NCBI GenBank assembly: GCA_013239625.1
Contig: MU053652.1
Span: 4,267,902 to 4,331,901, forward strand
Direction of reading: 5' to 3'
From: Lama guanicoe
Lineage: Eukaryota
Length of the DNA: 64,000 bases
Shown in pieces: positions 14,645 through 28,385 of this stretch. The notes under the pieces are model-generated. The model saw only the letters and a program-made list of their open reading frames with translations. It was not told the DNA's origin and did no database searches. Every line of letters begins with the position of its first letter. Position 1 is the first letter of the stretch. The position numbers and the translations under genes are program-made.

Positions 14645-15185
14645 ATTATTTTTTATTGTGGTAAAAAAATGCATGACATAAAATTTACCATCTTAACCAT
14701 TTTTAAGTGTACAGAACAGTACTGTTAAGTATATTCACATTGTTGTGTAATCAGTCTCTTTAATCTTGCAAAACTGAAACTCTATATCCACTAAACAACA
14801 ACTCCCCATTCTGCCCAGCTCCTGGCAACCATTCTACTTTCTATTTTTATGAATTTGACTACCCTAGATACTGATATAAGTGGAATCATACAGTATTTAT
14901 CTTTTGTGACTGCCTTAATTTGCTGAGCTTAATGTCTTCAAAATTCATCCACGTTGTAACATAGGTCAGAATTTCATTCCTCTTTAAGGCTGAATAATAT
15001 TCCATTGTATATGTACACCACATTTTGTTTATCCATCTGTCAATAGACATTTGGATTGCCTCCAACTCTTGGCTATTATGAATAGTGTTGCTATGAACAT
15101 GTATACAAATAAGTTTTCAGTTTCCTGCTTTCAGTTTTTTTTTTTAATATATACCCCATAATGGAATTTCTGGATCATGTGGGAA
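14645..15185 (-). mobile_element. L1 3' end (L1MB/MA-type)
   Basis: AAAATTTACCATCTTAACCATTTTTAAGTGTACAG 3'UTR signature. A similar element lies at ~29960-30495. Confidence 0.75.
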
Positions 15186-15543
15186 AGGCTTCCTTTCTTA
15201 TCTTGAAAAAAATTATTATTTTAATGTTAAAATGAACTGACTTTATCCTGGAGTAGATGATAAAATTTTTATGAATTTTTAAGATAAAATATACCACTTT
15301 AAAATTATTCATGTCATCAGAGGCTATATAGGATTACTCCTCAAATTTTTCTCTTCTCTGCCTTTAGGGCATCTTTGGTGGAAAGTTTGAAAAGCTCTAT
15401 TTCAAGACAAGGGGAGTAACAAAAAACAAACAAAAAACCCAAACAAACAGAAAAGCTTTTGTCAGGACAAAGAATGTAAATTCAGTACTTGCACTGATAC
15501 TAAGTTTTCCTAGAAAAACTTTGAGTTAGCTTGTAACAGAAAG

Positions 15544-16048
15544 TGTGAAAGGACCATACACTGTTTTGGTACCCATCCCTTAGGCCCTTAGCATAACTGA
15601 TGCCATCTTGGGCTTGTTCAGTTCTTCCTGTCCTTTCACTGACCCTACCTAGGGCTACACTGTGTAGTAAACCCCTTCTCTGTCATCAGAGGCTTTGTAG
15701 TAACAGATATTGTTTAATGATCATTAGGTCTAGATGAGCTCTATGCTCTGTTAGTCCCCGAACAATAATGAAGACCTTTACTGACCTATTCCTGGTGCCC
15801 ATGAGACTAGTTACCCATTCATAAATCTTGACTTAGGAATGCACTTCCTGTTTCCAAGCATGTACTCCCATACCCTAAGTTAACTGTGAAACTGTCCTAG
15901 TGGCCCTATGGCAGTGCGGAGTGCAGCTGTGAATGCTTCCAGATCGTTGTCTGCCCAATTCCAACCTATGAAAAATGGATCCATTGATTACATGGAGATG
16001 TCTGCCTCATTTTTTGGTCTCAGGATACCTTCTCAGTTCAGTGGACAC
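15544..16048 (+). mobile_element. Probable solo LTR (ERV-type)
   Basis: About 500 bp from TGTGAAAG to GGACA, with an LTR-like 3' part (GTCTGCCTCATTTTTTGGTCTCAG). Family uncertain. Confidence 0.45.
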
Positions 16049-16117
16049 TTTTTGTTCCCTCCATCCTCCAACACTAAACTCTCTGGGTCTTTCTTAAATA
16101 ATACTTCAGTGCTCTCT

Positions 16118-17320
16118 CTATTTGCAGATGATGTGATCTTCTATATATAAAATCTTAAAAAATACACTAAAAAACTATTAGAACTAATAAATGAATTTAG
16201 CAAGTTTGCGGGATACAAGATCAACATACAAAATCAATTGTATTTTTATGTACTTACAATGAAAATCCAAAAATAAAACTAAGAAAACAATTCTGGGTGG
16301 GTAGGTATAGCATAGTGGTAGAGTGCATGCTTAGCATTCATGAGGTCCTGGATTCAATCCCCAGTACTTCTATTAAAAAAAAAAAAAGAAGGAAAAACAA
16401 TTCCATTTACAATTACATCAATAAAATACTTAGGACTAGACTTAATAAAAGAGGTGCAAAACTTTTACTCTGAAAGCTTTTAATGTTGTTGAAAGAAATT
16501 AAAGCTCTAACTAATTGGAAGAACGTCCCATATTCATGGATTGGAAGACTTATTGTTAAGATGGCAACAGTACTCAAACTGATCTGCTGATTCAGTGTGA
16601 TCTCAACTGATTAGAGTCCCAGATGACTTCTTTGTAGAAATTGACAAGCTGTTTCTAAAGTTTTTATTGAATTTTAAGGGATCCAGAATAGCTAAAACAA
16701 TCTTGAAAAAGAACTAAGTAGGAGAACCCACACTTCCCAACTGCAAAACTTACAATTAAGCAATAGTGATCAAGACAGTGTGGTCCTTGGCACAAGGTTA
16801 GTCATATAGATCCCTGGAATAGAATTGAGAGTCCAGAAATAAACCCATACATCTATGGTCAACTGATTTTCAACAAGGATGTCAAAACCATTTAATGGGG
16901 AAAGAATAGTCTTTTTTAACAATGGTGCTGGAAAAAACTACATCAACATGCAAAAGAATGAAGTTCTCACATGACATACAAAAATTAACTCAAAATGGGT
17001 GTGAGATAAAACTATAAAACTCTTTAGAAGAAAACATAGGAGTAAATCTTCATGACTTTGGATTTGGCAAAGGATTCCTGGATGTGACAGCAATCCCCAG
17101 TATTTCCATTAAAAATAAATGAATAAACAAACTTTAAAAGGACTTTTAAAAAGAGGGGGCATGGAGTTTCTTGTGAGGTGATGAAAATTGTTCTAAATTG
17201 TTCTAAATTTGTTGATAGTTGTACATATCTGTGAATGTACTAAAAATCACTGGACACTTTAAGTTGGTGAATTGTGCCGGATATGAATTTTATCTCCATA
17301 AAGCTGTTCAAGAAAAAAAA
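16118..17320 (+). mobile_element. L1 ORF2 (RT/C-terminal) remnant with internal deletion and 3' end
   Basis: SLFADD RT motif at the end of ORF 15908..16150, followed by degenerate ORF2. A SINE 3' half lies at ~17091-17130. Confidence 0.8.
16294..16393 (+). mobile_element. tRNA-derived SINE (vic-1-like) nested in L1
   Basis: A/B boxes and poly(A); TSD AAAACAATTC at 16284-16293 and 16394-16403. Confidence 0.85.
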
Positions 17321-19302
17321 AAAGGTGGGGAGGAATTTATTAGAAAGATAGAGACTCATGTAACCTCAGAGCAGGGCTGAGCCTGCTGGGCCCTCACAAG
17401 GCCCTGGAACTCTGGCTCAGAGGAGTGGTCCTCACAAAATCCCTAGTTTGCAGCATCAGTACCACCTCGGAGGTCCTTATAAAAGCAAATCCTTGGGCCA
17501 CACTCAGACCTACTGACTCAGAAACTCTGGGGGTGGGGCCCAGAAAGCAGTGCTTTAAGGAACCCTCCAGGTGATGGTTGCTGATGCTCGCTCAAGTCTG
17601 AGAATCACCTGAGCTCTGTGGAAAAGCCGGGAAGATTCTACCTCACCTCTGCATGTGTTTCTTCTTGGGCACCTGTTTCCTCTGTTGCTAGAGACAGATT
17701 TTCTGCACTGCCCATCCTTCCCTACACACCACAGTAGTCTTCCTGGTAGGAAGTGGCCACCAATTCCCACATTCAAATCTCTTTTGGAGAACTAGCAAAA
17801 TTGAGACTAGCCTCCTATTCCAATTGCAAATTCTGGGGGAGGAACTTAAGTGTGTGTCAGCAACCTCCTCAAGTTTGTTCCTCCTTGAGAGAAGGCAGGC
17901 TGGGGTTGGGGAGGACCAGTTCCCAGAAAAGAGGCGGGGGAAGTAGAAAAAAAAATGGGTACCCCTTACGGGAGGCAAGAGAAGAGAATCTAGGATGACT
18001 AACAGTTGTGGAGTTTGCCTGCGATTTCCCTTATTTTAGTACTGAAAGTCTCCTGTCCCTCAAAACCCCTCTGTCCTGAGAAAACCAGAAAAATTGATCA
18101 CCTGAGAATTGAAGGTGTGGCAGGAAGGGAGGGGCTTTTACCTTGTGATGTGGGAGAACACAAAAGGAAGAGAAGGAACTGGTGAGATTCTCACGCGGGG
18201 GCATTTGGAGATGTTTGGTGCATTTATGGTTGTCACCACTACTGGAGAATGCTAGTGACATTCCACAAAGCTTGGGTCAGAACTAAACAAGGAAGAATCA
18301 CCCCACCTGGCATTTAGTAGTTCTCCTGCTGAGAAACTCTTCTGTGACAAAATGACTAACAACCTAGCAGCACATTAGAAACACCTGGGAGCTTCAAGCG
18401 ACCCAGATTGGAGCTCCAGACCTAGCCTCAGTGTTTCTGATTTAACGGATCTAGGCAGGTACCCAGGCACTGGTGTTGTTTAAAGTTTCCCTCAGGTGAT
18501 TTTAATATGCAGCTACGTTGATAAGCATCATTGGGAATCAAAGTGACATCAAAGAGGGATGAGATGCAGAAGTTGGAGTCTGGGAAGGTGAAGTGTTTGG
18601 GTAGTGGGGGAAGAGGAAAGTTGGAACACCCGAGGTTGTAGGTAGATCTAGAAGGCTGGAGGACAATGTTGAGGGCTTTGTTCAAGGGAAGAGGCCCTGA
18701 GTCTGGATCCAGCAGCATGGGATCAAAGCAGGTATGTGCCCAGTGTCTACTAAGCAGAGTGGCAGGGAAGGCGAGAGTCAGAAGTGGATCTAAATATCTA
18801 AATTCTTCCAGAAGTAAGAGCCAGCTGGTAAGCACTTTGACCCCAGGAAGCAGGCAGTGTGACAGGTGTCACAGTGTTTACTGGTGTGTGGCTGGTGGGG
18901 TAACCAAGCCTTTGGCTTGCTCACTGCTTGGGTTGCTCATTAAATACACTGTTCCTCCCATATTTGAAAAGCCTGTGTTTTAGGGGTAAAAACTTGTGAT
19001 TTCTAAGTATCTCAATAAGACTAGAAGTGACTGCTTGACTCTATATTTTTGTAAAAAGGTATTTGATTACTTTACAGTCGTTTACAATGAGCCAATGCCA
19101 AGGCACTTTCACATGATCTTACTTGGTTCTCTCTGTGTTGGGTGGGTAAGTATCACGCCCTTTTTGGCAGAGGAATCCAGCTTAGGAAGGTGGTTACTTG
19201 CTAGAGTCATGTGGCTAGAAAGAGGTGGGGCTGGGACTGGTACAGGGGGGTCTGATTTTTAAGGAAGCCCTCTTTACACCATGCCATAGGAGAGAGAGTT
19301 TT

Positions 19303-19423
19303 TGTTTGTTTTTTGGTGGAGGGGAGGTAATTAGGTTTTATTTTTAGAGGAGGTACTGGGGATTGAATCCAGGACCTCCTGAATGCTAAGCACGGCTCTA
19401 CCACTTGAGCTGTTCCCTCCCCT
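19303..19423 (-). mobile_element. tRNA-derived SINE (vic-1-like)
   Basis: Antisense copy; TSD GAGAGTTTT at 19294-19302 and 19424-19432. Confidence 0.85.
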
Positions 19424-21009
19424 GAGAGTTTTATTATTATTTTTCTCTCTACAGCCAACTGGAGCCTTCTGCATTTGTGAGAGAAGTGTAATCTCCTGTC
19501 AGCCTTATTGGGTGACAGTTTGGCCCATATCACACCAGCTCCAGGTCATTGCTTAAGACCCTGGTGTAAAACTGGGCTAAAGGTTAACCAACTGTGGATA
19601 AACTATGACTTATAAAAATTAGTCTTGTTGAGAGAAAGCTACTTGTCCCTTCCCATGTGTCTGGCTTCCAAAAAGAAGACCTCAGTAGGGGAAGGAAGAC
19701 TGCGAGGAATTAAGGAGAAGGAATCAGGGGCAGCTTGGTGGACATTTACTGAACTGTGTATGTTTTTTCTCTTCCATTGCCCCTGGGTTCTCTGTACTGT
19801 ATTTCTTGTTTTCTGAAAAGAATCTCACTTTGCTGATGTCCAGAAAAATTCAAACCTGCTTGTGCTTTCCTACCCAGGTGATACCAGAACTGTTCCTCAG
19901 AACATCTTGAAACCAGGCTCCTTTTGACTGTGGACAGTTAATTTGTGCTCTCATTATTCCATAGAAATTCACCATCTCTAATCATCTTCCTCTCTCAGTC
20001 CCTCTCACCAGTTTGAATTTGCTTTGCAAGTGAAATTGGGGGAAAGCTGTCCACGACTGAGGGCAGTTCTGAGCTGGAGAGCCAAAGGCAGATGCCGTGC
20101 TCAGCACGTGAGCCCTGAATGTGAGTTGAACTGGGGGAAAGAGACAGGTTTGGTGCTGGGGTTATGGCTGTTTCAGGTGATGATGGTATAGACTATATGC
20201 CCTATAGGTTGAGTAGTCTGAAGTTGGGCCAGGAGAGGTCTGCATTGTGCATTGGGCCTTTTCTTGGCAAACAGCCACCAAGATTCAGTCAACACTGACG
20301 ATTATGACTTTAAGTTTATTGTGTCACTATTTGGAAAGAAAACAGCTGTGTTGTTTTTGATAAAATGTATTTGTTAAAAGTGTAAATAATCATTATAAAG
20401 AAAAAATTCTAATCACAGAAACCTTATTAATGCATTTTACAAATGTCTATTGTGTGTCTGCCATATGCTAGGCACCATTCAAAGCACTGGGGATATGAAT
20501 GACCTACAGCCTACATGTTAATGGAGGGAGTAGCCAAAAAATAATAAAAATATGGAATGTGTCAAGTGGTGAAAAGTGCTATGAAGAAAAACACAAAAAA
20601 AGAAAGTAGAAACCACTTGAAATCCCATTACTGGAGATAACCACTGTTTACATTTTGTTGAACATCCTTCCAGACACCTCTCTGCCTATATAGAAATACG
20701 GATACAATCTCGTATCAGTGGTCATTTTCACATGCTGAATCATAATCTGTTTCTTTTTCCAATAATATTTTCTGGCAGCTTTTCATGTCAGTAAATAAAA
20801 ATTGAAATGACTTTGTTTTTCCAATTTTGACTTTTTTTTTAATTTGGAAAATTTCAGAGAAGTAGAGAGAATGGTATAGTGAACAAATGTACTTATCCTC
20901 ACATTTAACAATCATTAACATTTTGCCTTATTGGCTTCATCTATTTGTGGGTGGGGAACAGGGCTTATGTCTGTTAAACTAAATTACAGATTTTGTGAAC
21001 ATCTTACCT

Positions 21010-21540
21010 GTTCTGCTTCTACCCCAATGGGGTGAATTCAATTCAGTTCTGACACTCCCTGGAGTTAGTATCAGACTCCACAGACTTAAGGGCTCAATTC
21101 CCCTCAAGACTGCCCTCACTTCAGATGTCAGGCTTACTTCAGGGGTTCCCCAGGTCACCTGCACTCCTGACCAATTGGCTACAAATTAAGAGGTGAAACC
21201 CCCACAGATTTGCTAATCTGCTAGAACAGCTTACAACTCAGTTAAGTGCTATACTCATAATTAAAGGTTTATTTAAAAGGCTATACACAGGGTGAGGTTT
21301 GGGAGGAAAGCAGAATTCCCAGGCACTCTCTTGGAGTCAGGATATGTCACCCTTCTGGCACAGTAATGTGTTCATCAACCAGGAACCTCCACTGAGCTTC
21401 AGTGTCCAGAGTTTTGATCAGGGCTTCATTACTAAACATGGATGATTAAATCAGTGGTACGTGATTGCACTTAGTCTAGCCCAAAGTTACAATCCTCTAA
21501 TCACATGATTGGTCTTTGTAGTGACCAATCTCCATCTTGT
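21010..21540. mobile_element. MER21-like LTR
   Basis: CAATTCAGTTCTGACACT..CCTGGAGTTAG..CAGACTCCACAG..TTAAGGGCTCA..CAAGACTGCCCTCACTTCAGATG, characteristic of MER21. Confidence 0.7.
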
Positions 21541-22898
21541 CTTTTCATTGATGAATTGTAAGTTCTTTATATATTCTGGACACTAATCCTTTATCAAATA
21601 TTTGATTTGCAAATATTTTCTCTCATTTTGTGGTTGTCATTTCACTTTCTTTAAAAACATTTTTTTTATTGAGTCACAGTCAGTTTACAATGTTGTGTCA
21701 ATTTCAGGTATACAGCAGTTTTTCAGTCATACATGAATATACATATATTTATCTTCATATTCTTTTTCACCATGAACTACTGCAAGATCTTGAATATACT
21801 TCCCTGTGCTATACAGTATAAACTTGTTTATCTATTCCATATATACCTGTCAGTATCTATAAATCTCGAACTCGCAGTCTGTCTCTACCCACCCCTCTAC
21901 TCCCTGACAACCACAAGTTTGTATTCTATGTCTGTGAGTCTGTTTCTACTTTATATTTAAGTTCATTTGTCTTCTTTTTTATTTCACTTTCTTAATAGTG
22001 TTCTTTGACACACAAGTTTTTAGTTTTGATGAAGTCCAATTTATGTATTTCTCCTTCTGTTAATTGTGCTTTTGCCACCATATCTAAAAAAACATTGTCT
22101 AATCCAAGGGGATGAAGATATACTCCTGTTTTCTTTCAAGAATTTTACAGTTTTAGCTCTTACATTTACATTCTTTAATTTTTTTTCTTATATGATGCAA
22201 GGTAGGTCCAACATCATTCTCTTACTTGTGGTTAGTCATAGAACTTTTAAAAGTGTATTGAATTGCTTATCTTTGCAATTAGACTGTAAACTTCAAGAGA
22301 GTAGAGACCAAGGAGATTTTACTAAATCTTTTTTTTAACTAAGTTGTTTTTTAATGAATTAGGTAACCAAAATATCCAGCTTTTTTGTGTCAGAAATTAT
22401 ATTAACTATGTACAGTAACACTGTTTTCATTGTGATGTTGGTAGTTAAAATCCCTTGGCAATAACAATTCAGAAACAAACCAGTATACAGGATGATAGGG
22501 ATTGTACAATTTAACAGGCTTTGGAACAAAACTGATTTGGATTCAAATCCTGACTTTCATTTAAGAAATGTGTAACCTTGGGCAAATTACATTACCGATT
22601 TTTTTATTCCTTAAAATGGGATTTAGTTTGTACAGCTGTTAAAAGGATTGAATGAGACCTTGTAACTATAGCGCTTTATACATTGTAAGCATTCTTCAAA
22701 TGCTTATTATTTATCATTGCAAAGAAGTAGCAGTAATGTTGGGAAACTTTCCCCACAGAACAGATTCCAAGATTTCTATTTTCTTTTGTGAATTGAGAAT
22801 TGTTAACCGCTGATGTTTGATTTGGAAAGAAAGGCATACACAAAAACACAACTCAACATGTTTGTGCATATACTCTGGAGTGCGACAGAATGCACTTT

Positions 22899-23005
22899 AG
22901 TTAGTATCAGACTCCACAGACTTAAGGGCTTAGTTCCCCTCAAGATTGCCCTCACTTCAGATGTCAGCCTTACTTCAGGGGTTCCCCAGGCAACCTGCAC
23001 TCCTG
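22899..23005 (+). repeat. 107-bp direct copy of 21063-21169
   Basis: Manual alignment gives 101/107 identity with no gaps. Flanked by direct repeats at 22867-22892 and 23008-23033. Confidence 0.95.
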
Positions 23006-23239
23006 CACATATACTCTGGAGTGCAACAGAATGAAACATCCTTTTGGGTGCAAGAATTTAGTGAAAAAGGAGGACTGAACAGAGATTCTAGGCATTTTGG
23101 ATTTGTTTCAATGCGGCACATATTTCAGGTTTGTACAAGTTACTTGATTACGTGTCTGTCTCCTCCATTAGAGTCAGCATACAAATCCTGTGTTAAATTA
23201 AGTCATCAGTGCAGTGGATACTCCACAGATGGTTGAATT

Positions 23240-24240
<1,001 letters not shown>

Positions 24241-25559
24241 ACTGATTTGTAGGTCCTATACTTACTGCTTGTGGCTTCGATCTGATTCTCTAAGTTTTAC
24301 CCTTGATACTTGCTTCTTAGGCCTTGTTTTTCCGTTTTGTTTTTCTTCAACCAAACCCAATCCCAGTCCATCTTCTACTTAAGGATGCTTTATCCGTCTT
24401 TCCTCGGTGTCCAGGTGTTAGGTCCATTCGTGCGTAGCCTTACACCTCACTGTTCCTTGCTGCTTTTCACTCTGGCAGAGTCCATTATTCTGGAAACTTA
24501 TCAGGTTTCTAGATTCTTATACACGTGACTTTTCCCCGTATTTTGGGGTGCAGCATAATGTAAAGAGAAAAGTATCAATTATGATTTCAGAAAATCTTTG
24601 CAGTTTCATTTTACTGCATATTGGTTCTCTACTCTTGTCCTTCCCCTGACTTTTAGGTTCTTTATAAGTTATAGGTATCATAACTGCTTTGATTATTGCA
24701 CATAATTATGTGAACATTCAGTAAGGAGGTTAACTGCAACCTTTTGTACCTATTGCCTTCTTGGATTCACGTGTCTTATGCTTCCTCCTCTGATTTTCCT
24801 ACTCATCTTTGCTGTGCTTTTAATTCTGTGTGTGTATATTATACTTGGTGATCTTGCTGACTTTACCTTTCCTATTTTTGGATTTTAGATGCCCAAGTGT
24901 ATTTTTAATTTGTGCCTTCCCATTCCGTTTCTTTTTTTAAACTAATCATTGGTACTTAAAGATGCTCTGCCTGTTTAGATCAATTCCTAGGCTTCAAGTG
25001 CATAATAAATATTTTAAAATTCGCAACTTTGACTTTAAATATTACACTTAAAAATTTTTGGAACCCAAGTTCTGGATAACCTCGTGAGAAGATAAGGGAG
25101 TAAGGCTCACTGTAGGCTACATATGAATTCATGTGTAATCTTATTTAGTGTTTAGTTAGTTTTTGTGATCTGGGGAGCCATAAGTCCCTGATCTTATAGT
25201 TTTCAAAGTAAAAATAAGAGAAATGCTACACCACATCAAAAGTCAGCTCTTCCCTATTAAACTTGCTTCTTGTTGTGTGTGTTTTAAATCAATATTTGAG
25301 TGCTTACTGTGTACCGGCAACTGCTAGGTTTTGGTATATGGAAATGAACCAGACAGAAAAAAGCTTTACTTGCCACTTAGGATATTTGTGATGAATAAAT
25401 GGATTAATACCTACAAAGAACTTAACGAAGTTCTTGGAACCTAGAGCTTGGAATATATTAGTAATTTTATTTAAATATTAATCATTTTTTCTTATTTTCC
25501 ACTACTCTTTGTTTCAACCTTATATCATCATAATCATCATATTCACCACCACTATTTAC

Positions 25560-25950
25560 ATTCAGGTCCCAACAGGAATAGACGGCATGCTTGGAATAGG
25601 ATAAGTTGATGAGGGTTTATTTTATAAAAGTACTATTTATAAAGATGTGGGTGTAATATGGTATGGCACAAGATAGTGTAGTAACCTGTAGCTAAGCTGT
25701 TGACAGTCCTAAGCCAAAAGGGATAAGAGGAAGTGGTTACTTGGACTCTCAAGAGAAGTGTGGAGTTGGCTGCCTTGGGAAGAGTGGTAGTTTTCAGTTG
25801 AAAAGAAACAGCCAGCATGAGATGATTTTGAAGGGAGGAAACTGGAGGAATAAATATTCATACCTTATTCTCCTAAACCTCTCCTGGGATTCCTGATTGG
25901 GCAAACCCATCCAGAAGCTAGGGGACACGGGAGCCCGTTGATCTATTCAC
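25560..25950 (-). mobile_element. ERVL-type LTR relic (LTR33/41-like)
   Basis: TCAGGTCCCAACAGGAATAGACGGCA start and GGCAAACCCATCCAGAAGCTAG near the end resemble old ERVL LTRs. Confidence 0.5.
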
Positions 25951-28255
25951 ACCTCCTCACTCTAACGTAAGTATATCACATTACATACACATTGTTAACC
26001 ATGCGACATATATATCATAGTCATATTTTCTTTTTTGTGCAACTTTTTTTTTTCTGATAGTAATCGTTACCTTTTTCTTTTTTTTCCACATTTGCTTCAT
26101 TTTCTATATATCTACAGTAATTCATCCCAAACTCTCTGTCACTAGGTGTAAATATCCTCTTCCTATGTTCACACTGGTAATCTATCTTTTTTTTTAGGTG
26201 GAAAGAAACCTTTCCTGAGAGCCCTCTACCCACCACCCCCAGTCTGGCCCAGTTGTTTTTCAAGTCTGTTGCATAATTATTGTCCGGGGATCTTACTATC
26301 CTAGGGAATTCCCTTTTCCTTTTTCTTGACTTGGATACACTGAATCCTGGATCCCATGAGCTTTTCTTGAATTACTCCCTCATTTGACAGATACTTGAGA
26401 AGGAAACCTTCACCCCTTCTCTCTCATTGTCTTGGCTGTTGTTCTTTTTTCCTGAACCACTTTTACCCTGAGAGTTCTCTAGTCTTCTGCCTGGAGGTTA
26501 TACACTAGGCTGCCAGTAGCAGGTAGGAAAATGAGTCGAGGGATGGATCTCACCACTAAATGTGTAGGCTTTAATTTATTTAACATGTTTTCAGTATGAT
26601 ACTCCTGTCCTTAGTGAATCTCTTGTCCAAGAGTCCAGAGTCTCTCTACTTCAATCTCTCTAAATTTTGAGTCTTCTCTGATGGTGGGTGGATAGTATGG
26701 TAGACTGGCCACTCAAGTCAGAGAGAAAATCTAGGGAACTAACTGCTTGTACAGGTTTTGAACCTATTCCTTTATTTTCTGTCCCACCAGTGCATCCGTC
26801 TCCAGGTGTACCTCATACTTCTAATTCTTGAGCCTTACTGGGGTTTTGAAAATGATTTAGTTTGCCCCTTGAATTCCCCGTCTCATCCTTTCTTTCCTCC
26901 CAGCCTCGAGGCAAATTTCAGCTTTTTTAGACCTGCTAAGACTGACTGTTAACACTCACCCTTTAGCTTTCTAGTTTCCAGTTTTGTTAGTATCAGTCAT
27001 GTTTCCATTCTCTATGTCTTTGTGGGCACCCCCTCTTTAAAAAAAATCTTCTTACTCTGATTTTGTAAGGGCCCTGAGGGCAAACAGATGTGTTCAATCA
27101 ATTTAATCATGTTAAACAAGATGTAGTTCTTGAATTTCATCAAAACCTTACTCCATTGAGTGGCCCTTACTTTTTCTATGTTAGATCTTGTCTTTCCAGG
27201 GTCTATCCTTGTCACTTTCTTCAATATACCACCAACCCTTCACCTTTGATTTGGTATGACTTGAGCATGTGTATCCAACTGCTTCTCCTGTCAAATCTGA
27301 GTGCTCTGCATCTTATTTTCCAAATTCTCAGGAACCTCATCTTTTGGTTATCCTGTGTCTCACCTCTGTCTTCAGACTCTCTCTGCTGAGTCCTTCCCAT
27401 CAGCACTCACACAGCTATAGTATCTCCCATAGTGAGCAGATGGTTTTTTTGTTATGGGAGAGGATGCTGCCTTTGTCCAGCTTTATAATTTCTTTGATGT
27501 TTTTCATTATCTCTGTGCTTTTATTACTCTTTCCCAATTCTGTCTTCAAATGAAGAAACTAATCCAACTAGTCCATCTTTTTAAAGCTTAGCCTAAATTC
27601 TTTCTTCTTAGAGTCTTTTAACCTATTCTCTCCTACTGAAAGTCATTTCTGTCCTCCGCAACCCACAAACACCTAGAGCACTTTAATTGCGTTTATCTTT
27701 TTTTTTTTTTTTACCATATTGAAAATGTTTCCTCTCCCCCATCGGACAGTAGTACCCTTTTAGTTGTTTATGTAATCTGATACCCATAGTTGAAGGAATA
27801 AACCATGATTATTAAGAAAGAAATGCTCAAGATGCCTGACACACAGGTTCTTACAAATGTTTGTTGAATGCTTAGCTGCTTGTAGAAGCAGATGAATAAC
27901 TCAGATTTGTCTTTATCTATGAATTTCATTTATTTTTGCTGCTTCTCTCTAACATATCCATGGGTAATTGAAAAAACTATTATTCAGTCTCCTATGATAC
28001 TGTTTTCAGTCTTTCCAACCTTTTTTGAAAAAAAAAAGCTTTATGAGATAAGTTTATATTGCCCTCACTTTATACTTTAAACAACTTGGGTACAGCAAGG
28101 GAGAGGAACTTTTTGACTTAATAAGGCGTTCTTAAAGTAGTCTCTAAGTGACATTTTTAACCAAAAGTCTGTTATAGTGTAGTAACAAAACATATTAGTG
28201 TAGTAGTATAGTGTTTTAATTTAATTTAAAATATAATTTTAATAGGTAAGAAACA

Positions 28256-28385
28256 GGGGGAGGGTATAGCTCAGTAGTAGAACACATGCTTAGCATGCAC
28301 AAGGTCCTGGGTTCAATCCCCAGTATCTCCATTATATAAATAAATACCTGGCCCGACACACATCATAAAAAAAAGAAAAAAAATT
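28256..28385 (+). mobile_element. tRNA-derived SINE (vic-1-like) in TNPO3 intron 1
   Basis: GGGGGAGGGTATAGCTCAGTAGTAGA...GGTTCAATCCCCAG followed by an A-rich tail. Confidence 0.85.
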
